Both the position numbers and the translations under genes were made by a program. A stretch of 64,000 nt of DNA from Macrostomum lignano. Its lineage: Eukaryota. The notes beneath the pieces were generated by a model. That model worked only from the letters and a program-made list of their open reading frames with translations. It did not search any database and was not told the DNA's origin. The stretch is from assembly GCA_002269645.1 (NCBI GenBank), contig NIVC01000292.1:744001-808000 (forward strand). The letters run 5' to 3'. Positions 47,406 to 57,601 of the stretch are shown here, in pieces; within the stretch, counting starts at the first letter, position 1, and every line of letters starts with the position of its first letter.

Positions 47406-49031
47406 TCAGATGCCAAGTAGAAGAGCCAGCAGAGCGCACAGACAGTCAATGATGGACAGCAGGATCAGACAGAAGTGCAGGACTCGCCACGGCCTCGACA
47501 GCAGGACATTATCACCAGGATTCCCTATGGCATCCCGCACCACTCCAGCGGTGCTGAAGCCGCGGAGGTCGCTGCAGCGGCCCCAGAAGGAGAACGGAAC
47601 GCGGAACAGAAAGGCGAATATGGCGAGCAAAAGTGCGCAGACGGGTGGTAGCAGCAGCTTGATGAGGCCTCTTAGTGGGATAAATTTCCTGAAGGCATGG
47701 AGATACTGAGCTCGAAGAGCGTTCAGCGGGACAGTGTGCAGCAGCGAGATGAGCAGGCTGAGCAGCAGGGCGCTGCGACAGGCCCGGATTCCCCTGCTGT
47801 TGATCGGAGAGTCGCTTTCTCTGGGGCCGGGCCGGATTTCCTCGCCGTCGATCCGAGAGTCGCTTTCGCTGGGGCCGTGCCGGATTCCTCCGCCGTCGAT
47901 CCGAGAGTCTCTTTCCCTGGGGCCGGGCCGTCCGCCGTCGATCCGAGAGTCTCTTTCGCTGGGGCCGGGCCGGATTCCTCCGCCGTCAATCCGAGAATCT
48001 CTTTCCCTGGGGCCGGGCCGTCCGCCGTCGATCCGAGAGTCTCTTTCCCTGGGGCCGGGCCGGATTCCCCCGCCGTCGATCCAAGAGTCTCTTTCCCTGT
48101 TGCCGGGCCGGATTCCCCCGCCGTCGATCCAAGAGTCTCTTTCCCTGGGGCCGGGCCGTCCGCCGTCGATCCGAGAGTCTCTTTCGCTGGGGCCGGGCCG
48201 GATTCCTCCGCCGTCAATCCGAGAATCTCTTTCCCTGGGGCCGGGCCGTCCGCCGTCGATCCGAGAGTCTCTTTCCCTGGGGCCGGGCCGGATTCCCCCG
48301 CCGTCGATCCAAGAGTCTCTTTCCCTGTTGCCGGGCCGGATTCCCCCGCCGTCGATCCAAGAGTCTCTTTCCCTGGGTCCGGGCCGTCCGCCGTCGATCC
48401 GAGAGTCTCTTTCCCTGTTGCCGGGCCGGATTCCCCCGCCGTCGATCCAAGAGTCTCTTTCCCTGGGGCCGGGCCATTCGCCGTCGATCCGAGAGTCTCT
48501 TTCCCTGTTGCCGGGCCGGATTCCCCCGCCGTCGATCCAAGAGTCTCTTTCCCTGGGGCCGGGCCGGATTCCCCCGCCGTCGATCGGAGAGTCTCTTTCG
48601 TCTGAAAATTTAATTCTTCAGAGTAGTAAAAGAATTCAATGTAACAAAGTTCAAATTAAAGGCAGCTAACCTTCCTCGCGAACGGTAGTCACACAGCAGC
48701 AGGAGGTGCTGAACACAATCAGTACGCCTAGGAGCAGAATGCCTGCAATCACTACGAACAGAATGTACAGCGGTTGCAGATGGCTGATGGCTGCGGTGCA
48801 GTCTCTGTCAGAGCAGGAGCAGTGAGATGTCAGCTGCTCAGGACACGTTACGTTAAAGGTCAACGTCTGTAGCTCCGAGGCAGCGGTGCAATCTAGCACG
48901 AACTGCGACAGGTACAAAATCATGACACCTGGAAGGATCAGCCAGCTGCCCAATCGTTTTTGAAAGGATTCAGCGTTGCGGCCTTCAATAGCAGCTTCGA
49001 TTGCTTCAGGTATTTTGGCGGCCACTTCCAT
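47406..49031 (-). CDS. Unrecognised multi-pass (about 5 TM) membrane protein, copy A, 518 aa, with 18 in-frame coding repeats
   Basis: Exon 1 49031-48671 (361 nt), 69-nt GT-AG intron, exon 2 48601-47406 (2+1194 nt); frame stays open; intron position and both ends conserved in copy C. Confidence 0.75.
47790..48600. repeat. Coding minisatellite, 42/48-bp units, 18 copies
   Basis: Units GCCGTCGATCCGAGAGTCTCTTTCCCTGGGGCCGGGCCG(GATTCC); all lengths are multiples of 3; units 3-7 are duplicated as 8-12. Confidence 0.95.
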
Positions 49032-49647
49032 GATTAATTATTTGAATTCTATTGCAAAGATACCTAAAATGTAGTTTATTAAATTCACTGACGAGTTTTC
49101 AGTCAGTTCCTAGATAATCCAAACTGTTCTGTTATAAACTGCAGAGCTGCAGGGCAAGCATGTCTGTACTGCTATTTTCAGTCATTGCGTTTGGTTTCTC
49201 CGTCAACCGCCGATTTTCGGAGTTGAACCGGGGCATCATCTGCGTACAGCAGGAAAACATGGAACTGCGTGTGTGCAGCAGTTGTGCGCAAATCTTTCTG
49301 CGACTATCCTTTTCCAAGAAATTTCACTAGTCTTCACCAACTAATAGCTGGGGTTGCATTATAAATGTATATAATACCGGTTTATCGAGAAATTATCCGT
49401 CCTACTAAATTAGTGTTTATCACAATGCTCAAATAAATCTAATACTATAATTCTGTCACCAAGTTGTGTTGGTGGTGTTAGTTCTCTGTCAGAATAATCC
49501 CACCGTTGAGTCACCAAGCCGTGGTAGCTAGGTGTTCATTTCTCTCTTTAAATCCTAAAATGTGAAAAATCATAGAAGCGTCATGTAAAAAATCACAGAA
49601 GCGTCATGTAAAAAATCATTGAAGCGTCATGTAAAAAATCATAGAAG

Positions 49648-50619
49648 TGTAGTGAGCCGCTAGTTAATGGTTAGGCGTCGCCCTTGTCAGCTGTTCCCTC
49701 GCCCTCGCCGCTGCCGCTGGTCAGCTTCCCGCCCCCCTTTTGTCTGCCTGTTGTCGCCCGCCCTTTTGTCGCTCTGTTGCGTCTCTGTTCTCAGCCCCCA
49801 GCCTCTCGGCTGTGAGCTGTCTCTGTTTCGCCCCCGTCCCGTTTTCCCTGTCTTGTGAGCAAGTCACATGACAGTTCTTGCGTTCTTTGAGTCTTAAAGT
49901 GCAGTAAGCATGTTTACTGCACCCGTTGGCCCTGTTTACCGGGTGAGTCACGTGCTTTCGGACCCCTCCCTTCTCTAAGGAGAGGAGTGACTCATGTTGC
50001 TAAAAATAGCAACTGAGTCACAGCCGCGTGTACTCTGGCCGGGGACCTCAAGTGACGTCAGTTCTAAAAATAGAACAATCACGAGGCCTTCCGCACGCTT
50101 GTACCCTGCCCAAGACTCTCGAGTGACGTCAGTTCTAAAAATAGAACGAGTCACAAGGTCTTGAGCGCGGGCGTTTCCCGGCTATAAATAGGAGCCCTCT
50201 CCGCCTTGTTTCCGTCAAGGAGTCTTCTTTCTGTTCAACCTCGAGTTCTACGTCTGCGCGTGACTAAATCCCGAGTGTCCGAGCCTTTGCGCATATTGAT
50301 TCTATTCCTATTGCTCCGACTGAAACCTGACCAAGTCAACCCAAGTCTACGAGAGGCTAACTCAGCCCTCCCTCTACCATCCTAGCCCGGCAGGTACTGC
50401 TGACGAGACGCCCTATTCGTTGCGCTCTAAATCTGCACGCTGTGCTGTGTTCGTTGACTTCATTATTTCGTTCCGACGGGAAGCTCACCTCACCGAAGGC
50501 CGAGACCTGAAGGAACTGGTGGCAGCACTACCTACGCTACTAAAGTTAAGAAGGCTTCTAAGTGAGATGACGGAGCCCAAGTCACTGCGCTGTACAGCAG
50601 GACAACCACACGTACAACA
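49648..50619 (+). mobile_element. Solo LTR, 972 bp
   Basis: TGTAGT...ACAACA termini; 4-bp TSD GAAG at 49644-49647 and 50620-50623; interrupts a tandem array; internal TATA box at 50183. Confidence 0.85.
49988..50191 (+). promoter_or_regulatory. LTR enhancer/promoter cluster: AP-1, MEF2-type and CRE sites, then TATA
   Basis: TGACTCA 49988, CTAAAAATAG 50000/50064/50135, TGAGTCA 50014, TGACGTCA 50053/50124, TATAAATA 50183. Confidence 0.6.
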
Positions 50620-51793
50620 GAAGCGTCATGTAAAAAATCATAGAAGCGTCATGTAAAAAATCATAGAAGCGTCATGTAAAAACTAATGAAAGTGTCATTT
50701 GAGAAATTATAGCTCGTAGAAGCGTCATGGAAGAATAAAAGAAGCGTCATGTAAAAATCAAAATAAGCGTCATGTCAGACATAAAAGAAGTGCCATGTAA
50801 AAAGTAAATGAAGCTTTTGTGCTGTGCTGGGGAGAATTACTGAGATGTCAAGGCTTACGGAGAATAACTGAGATTACGGGGGGAGGGTTTCTGAGATGTC
50901 AAAGCAAACGTCAGAAGCTACTTCAAAGTACATGTAGTTTGCTCAATTTTTTTATTACATTCTTTGTTGGCTCGTAACGGGGGGGGCTGATAGAAGAAGA
51001 GTCATGTAAAAAAGAAAAGAAGCACTATGTATACATAAAAGAAGAGTCATGTCGAAGTTAAAAAATTCATTTGGGAATTGCTACGATGTCAAGGGTTGGA
51101 GGGAATCGCTATAGTGCTGTGATGCTTAAAGAAGGAATCACTAAAATATCAAGGCTTAGGGGAGAAGAATTGCCGAGATTTCAAGGCTTTAGGTTGGGTT
51201 AAAGTTAGGTTTAGGTTAGTTTTGGGTTGAGGGTTAGATTTTAGCGGGTTTCAAGGTTAACAGGGGATTTTTCAGATGGTTTATGGGGGGCATCGCTAAC
51301 ATGTCAAGGCTTACGGGGGGAATAGCTGAGATTTCAAGGGGGGAGTTGATATGCTAAGGCTTGTGGGGGGATTGCTGACATGTTAAGGCTTACAAGGGGT
51401 TGCTGAGGTATAATGCAAAGAGACGCTTACATGTAGTTTATTAAAAAAACTTGTACTGCATTTTTTGGCTCCCCAACGGGGGGCGCTGATTGCTAGTTTC
51501 TTCTAAATTTAGCTTACTGCTGAACTGGTAACGTCTCATATAAAGTCGGTAGCGTATTATATACTACTAGCCTGAGCGGTCTTAGGACACTGTACTTTTA
51601 TCCTATCCTATGTATCACAACTCGCCTATTGAGGTTTTCTCTCTCAGTCCTGAGGCGTTACCGGGATCAGAGGGTCACGGCTTTCACTCTGGTAGGTTTT
51701 CTGCCCTTAGGCGAGTTTTCAGATCCCCGGGTCCGGATGTTCTTACCCTTTGGTAGATGTTCTGACTTCTAAGACGATTTCTTAGATTCTAAA

Positions 51794-54700
51794 TGTCGTA
51801 TCGCGTGACTCAGCGGGTGTACATTGAGTACACTCGCCGTTTTATTTTATCGATTGACTGACAATGCTTCATTGAGCGTGACTAGTGTGTGCGTTCTTTT
51901 AAAACCCCTTGTGCTTTTATGCATCAATTATTCTTACGTTCGCTTGTTACCAAAATATAAAAGTCGTGTAGTGAGCTCAGAGCTCAATACTTTTTGATTT
52001 CTCGCACTAACCACTATAGAGTTGTTTTAGTGGCGACGAGGATTGTGGCTGAGCAATGCCTAACCACGCAATCGGAGAATATGAGGACTCCGAGGAAACC
52101 TGGGATGAGTACCAGGAGCGTCTGGAGCAACATTTTCTGGCACAGGACATCACCGACGAAAGTAAAAAGAGGGCCACCCTGCTGAGCGTCTGCGGTAGGA
52201 AAACCTTCCAGTTGGCCAGAAGCCTCTGCTCTCCAGCCAAAGTCGCGGACAAATCCTATGCCGAAATATGCAAGCTGCTGAGCGCTCATTTCAACCCAAG
52301 GCCGAGTGAGATCATTCAGAGGTTCCACTTCAATAACCGAGTTCAGCGCCCTGGAGAGTCGGTGGCAGAGTTCCTTGCGGAGCTGCGGAAGCTGGCGGAG
52401 TTCTGCAATTACGGCGGCAGCCTGTCTGACATGCTGCGCGACAGGCTGGTGTGCGGCATTGCGGACCAGCAAATCCAGCGCCGGCTCCTGATGGAGGCCG
52501 AGCTGACCCTCGATACTGCAAAACAGATCGCGCAAGCGGGCGAGTCAGCAGCCAAAAACTGTCAATCGCTGGGCTCAGCAAAACCTGCGGCAGTGACATC
52601 GGCATCGTCAGCGACAGAGAGCGACTCCGTGCTTCGAATGGAACGACAGCGACCGCAAGACAGCCGTCAGTCTGGAACAGAAGGCCGGCGGCGCTGTTTC
52701 CGCTGCTTGTCGACTCGCCATCCGGCAGCCAAATGTCCCTTCGCGGACAAACGCTGTTTCAACTGCAGCAAAATTGGGCACACCGCGAAGGCATGCAAGG
52801 CGGGGACACAGCACATGCAAATGCACCAGCTGGTTGACCAGCAGCCTTCAGACAGCAGCTCAGCTCAGGCCGCCGAGCCGCCCAGCCCAGCCGAGGTCGC
52901 TTATCCCTTCTACCATCTGGGTGCTGACCGATCGCAGGCCAGGTTTCCTCCAATCGTGACCTCTGTCTTCATCGAGGAGAAGCGATTCGAGATGGAGGTG
53001 GACACGGAGGCATCCGTATCGCTGATGTCCGAACGTACGTTCAAGGAAAACCTGGGAGGCCGGATGTCTCTGTCTACGTCAACGGTTCAGCTCAGTACGT
53101 ACACCGGTCAAACCGTCCGTGTCCTCGGTCAGCTCTTCGTACGCGTGCGAGCTTCGCAAGGTTCGGCCGAGGAACAGCTGCCGCTGCTGGTTGTCGCCGG
53201 TTGTGGTCCGAGCCTCCTTGGTCGAGACTGGCTACACCGCCTGCGGCTGGACTGGCAATCTATCAAGCGGATGGAAGAAGCTGATCCAGCCAAGGAGTTG
53301 CTACAGGAGTTCTCAGAAGTCTTCCAAGGTTTGGGCGAGTTCAGCGGCAAGCTGGTGTCCATCAGTCTGAAGGAGAACGCCAGACCAAGGTTCTATAAGG
53401 CGCGGCCGGTGCCGTTTGCGCTGCGCGAGAAGGTTGAGCAGCAGCTGCAGAAGGAAATCGACCAAGGAATCCTGGTGCCGGTCAAAAATTCCGACTGGGC
53501 GTCCCCGATCGTGCCGGTAATGAAGTCCGACGGCAGCGTGCGCATCTGTGCTGATTTCAAGCAGTCGGTCAACGCAGCTATCCGGCCTGAGGCTTACCCG
53601 CTGCCGAACATCGACGAGCTGTTTTCACGCTTGGCTGGCGGTAAGAAGTTCTCAAAACTGGATCTGAGCCAGGCATTTTCGCAGCTTCCCCTGGATGAGG
53701 ATGCTCAAGAGCTCTGTACCATCAACACCTCGCTGGGACTTCTTCGCTACACCCGTCTGCCTTTCGGCGTGTCGATCGCCCCCAGCGTGTTTCAGCGGGT
53801 GATGGACAGCTTACTGCGAGGAATTCCGCACTCTGCATCCTTCATCGACGATGTCATCATCACAGGCGAAGACGACGCCAGTCACCTCCGCAACCTGAGA
53901 GCAGTTCTGAAGGTCTTCAAGGAGTCCGGGCTGACCTTCAAGCTTGAGAAGTGCACCTTTTTCAAGGACGAAGTCACATACCTAGGCCACCGCATCGACG
54001 CCGAAGGGCTGCACCCGCTGGACGATAAGGTTCGAGCTGTGCTGGACGCGCCTGCACCGACTAACACGACTCAACTGAGGAGCTTCTTGGGCCTCATCAA
54101 CTACTACGGCAAGTTTTTGCCAAATCTCTCTAGTGTTCTGGCCCCGCTGCACAGGCTCTTGGAGAAGAACTCAAGGTGGCAGTGGGATCGCAGCGAGGCG
54201 GACGCGTTCAGCGAGGCAAAGCAGCTGCTCACGCACCCCAGCGTCCTAGTCCACTATAACGCTGCAGAAGAGCTCTACCTGGAGTGCGACGCATCGCAGT
54301 ACGGGCTCGGTGCCGTCATATTCCACCGTCGGGACGGCATGGACAAGCCGATCGCGTACGCTTCGCGCAGCCTCAGCTCAGCAGAGAAAAATTACCGCCA
54401 GCTGGAGAAGGAGGCCTTGGCGCTGGTTTTCGGTGTGAAAAAATTCCATCACTATCTGTTTGGTCGGGAGTTCAACCTGTTGACCGACCACCGGCCGCTT
54501 CTCGGCCTTCTAGGACAAGAGCGACCGCTTCCAGCCCTGGCTTCCGGCCGAGTCCAACGATGGGCGTTGCTGCTGACCGCGTACCGGTACCGTCTTGTAC
54601 ACCGCAGCGGGGTCTCCATGCTCCGAGCAGACGCCTTAAGCCGCCTTCCTGCATCAGCTGGCCCTAAGGAAGTTCCGGTGCCTCCAGAAGTCGTGCAAGT

Positions 54701-56250
54701 GATGGACTGCCTGGACGCCAGGCCGGTGACTTCATCAGACGTGCGCACCTGGTCCCGCCGCGACCCTACATTGTCACGCGTAATTCTTTACTGTCTCTCG
54801 GCCTGGCCAGACCGAGATTCCTGGACTTCCGATAGGGTGCCCTTCGGGAAACGGCACCAGGAATTGTCAGTTCAAGACGGCTGCGTTCTCTGGGGCAGTC
54901 GTGTCGTCATTCCTGAAGTCGGCCAAAGCCGCTTGCTCGACTGCCTGCATGTTGGACACCCTGGAGCATCCCGGATGAAGTCGCTTGCCAGAAGTTACAT
55001 ATGGTGGCCGGGCATGGATCGTGACATTGAGGCCAAGGCAGCAAGCTGCACGGACTGCCAGAAGTACCAGCGAGCCGGACCTGAAGCTCCGCTGCAGCCA
55101 TGGCCGCTAACGGCAAGGCCTTGGTCGAGAATCCACGTCGATTTTGCCGGTCCCGTCCAAGGTCGGATGCTGCTGGTGGTGGTCGACTCCTTCTCAAAGT
55201 GGCTCGATGTGTACGTGACGACAGCGACGACGACCTTCGCTTCGAGTTCGACGCCTTTTGTGCCAAGAACGGAATTCGCACATCCGCACGCCACCCTACC
55301 ACCCGGCTTCCAATGGCCAAGCTGAGCGAGCAGTGCAAACTGTTAAGAACTCCCTGAAGAAGCAGGCCAATGACGGCGGCTCCCTGGAGATCCAGCTGGC
55401 CAGATTCCTGCTCAGCTACCGTACTACACCGCATCCAACGACGGGAGTGGCACCGTGTGAGCTGCTGATGCACCGGACGCTGCGTAGCCTGCTCGACGTA
55501 CCGAGGCCAGACATCGCCAAGCGAGTTCTCGAGAGCCAGGAAAAGCAGAAGCAGCAGCACGACTCGGGCGCACAAAGACGAGTCTTCGAGGAGGGCGAGG
55601 CGGTGTTCGTTCAAGACTTTAGCCGCGGGAACGAGCGAACCTGGACATCGGCTATGGTGGTCGGCAAGGAGGGCAGCAACTGGTACAAGTGCATTCTGCC
55701 GAACAACCGGATGGTGCGGCGGCACACAGAACAGATGCGAATCGACAAGACTTCCCAGCGGCCTGGGCCGCTGCAGACGAATCCGGAATTTAGCGGTGAG
55801 CTCAGGCCTCCACTACCGCAACCGTTGGTTCCGCCGCCACCGCCACCGTCGCCGCCGCCGCCGCCGCCAACGCCGCCGCCAACGCCGCCGCCAACGCCGC
55901 CGCCACCGTCGCAGCCTCGACCGCTGCAACTTCCAGATCAAGGACCAGCACAAGCTCTCAGAAGATCAAGCAGAGCTCGATCGATTCCCGTCCGCCTAAA
56001 CTACGATGGGAGAGGTGTCGTATCGCGTGACTCAGCGGGTGTACATTGAGTACACTCGCTGTTTTATTTTATCGATTGACTGACAATGCTTCATTGAGCG
56101 TGACTAGTGTGTGCGTTCTTTTAAAACCCCTTGTGCTTTTATGCATCAATCATTCTTACGTTCGCTTGTACCAAAATATAAAAGTCGTCTAGTGAGCTCA
56201 GAGCTCAATACTTTTTGATTTCTCGCACTAACCACTATAGAGTTGTTTTA
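51794..56250 (+). mobile_element. Ty3/gypsy LTR retrotransposon (Mag-type), full length but defective
   Basis: LTRs at 51794-52029 and 56016-56250 (4 differences by eye); 5-bp TSD CTAAA; PBS TGGCGACGAGGAT at 52031-52043 (tRNA-Ser GCU-like); PPT GGGAGAGG at 56008-56015. Confidence 0.95.
52056..56049 (+). pseudogene. Gag-Pol of the Mag-type element, disrupted in the integrase
   Basis: Gag EYQERLEQHF, two CCHC knuckles, protease VDTEAS, RT FIDD, RNase H ECDAS, integrase HVGHPG..CTDC and HVDFAGP. Then a deletion of the SDNG segment near 55235 and frameshifts near 55243 and 55280 before PYHPASNGQAERAV. Confidence 0.9.
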
Positions 56251-57289
56251 CTAAATCTAATAGGTCTCGTTATAAACGGTTTACTCTCCCAATCTTGGGG
56301 CTATTCTTATGTCACTATCTACGACTCAAAATAAGTAACACGAGAGTAAGCACTAGCTCCGAAGCTGATTATCAGTTTCGTCTCCAAATTAGAATAGTTG
56401 AAGTATATCAGAATAGCTCGAATGATCGAGAGAAGAAACAAGGATTGAAACCGAGTTTATTTCATTTGCCTTACAGCTGGCGGAGTTCCAAAAATGAAAA
56501 GTTCTAGCAAAACTATACATTAAAAACGAAGCCCCTATTGCAAATATACTATATAATCTATTATAATATCTAATATTCAATCAGTACTCAACGATTCGAG
56601 ATAAATAAAGTGACGTGCATTTAGACAGTAAAAATCACAGATACTAAATTTGTATTTTTAAACTAAATGATGTGCTTACTATCTATAACTAAAACTATGG
56701 AATTACCGTTAGTACAATGTGCCCCTGGTGTTCCAGTGCCCTAGCTCCAGTGCCCGAGCTGCAAGACACTGTTGGCTACTGATTCTAAGCCCAAAACGTC
56801 ATTATTAATGATCGAGAGAGGAATCCTGGCTTCCTTCACGGATTTACTGTCTATCACGACTCACTGACGCATCACGTTTATATGTCTAGGCATCACATCT
56901 TAATTTCCCCTGGGACTTCCCCCCTTTTTCTTTGGTCTCGACTGTTTGGGGACTGGCACTTGGCAATTTGCCCTTCCGCTTCCCACTGCAACACGCTTTA
57001 TTCAGTCAAGCACTGTTGAGACTGCTCCTCGACAAATGACTAAGAGAAAGCAAGGCTAAGAATTGATTAAAACGAGAACAAAAGAAAAGCAGGTTAACAT
57101 TTTTTTGGTCCTCGCGCTCCACTGCCGGTATACTTATACCATTTTAAATGTATTTCCACTGGTTCGCGTTTAGTGCAATAACGTACTGGTATGACATATT
57201 AAAACAAATTTTACAGCATAACAAAGTGAGAAGCTTTTGGCGGGAAATTAATTAGCAGAATGTCAGTATTTTTGTCAGCCAGGTATATA

Positions 57290-57500
57290 ATGGTGCTTTT
57301 GGTGCCTCTGGTACTTCTGCAGCTTCTGATATCTCTGGTACTTCTGATATTTCTGGTACTTCTGATATTTCTGGTACTTCTGATATTTCTGGTACTTCTG
57401 GCACTTCTGGCACTTCTGGCTCTTCTGGTACTGCTGGCACTTCTGGCTCTTCTGGTACTGCTGGCACTTCTGGCTCTTCTGGTACTGCTGGCACTCCTAC
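57290..57500. repeat. 9-bp-unit repeat (GGTACTTCT / GGCACTTCT)
   Basis: Read directly; the paralogous array at 59110-59720 is expanded. Confidence 0.9.
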
Positions 57501-57601
57501 TGTTAAAGCGCCATTTTGTAGCTCAAAAGACACAAACTTAAAATGCAGAGCTCCTGGTTACGAGTATTTTCATTTAGTTTAAAAGTTTATTTGATTCATT
57601 T

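Larger units (their letters stand above)
49565..50810. repeat. 23-bp tandem repeat (AATCATAGAAGCGTCATGTAAAA), split by a solo LTR
   Basis: Units at 49565-49647 resume at 50620. Confidence 0.9.

Noticed and set aside
57252-57533. Glu/Val/Pro-rich small ORF
   Set aside because: GTG start, made of 9-bp repeats; the paralogous array at 59.1-59.7 kb has 10-bp units that break the frame.
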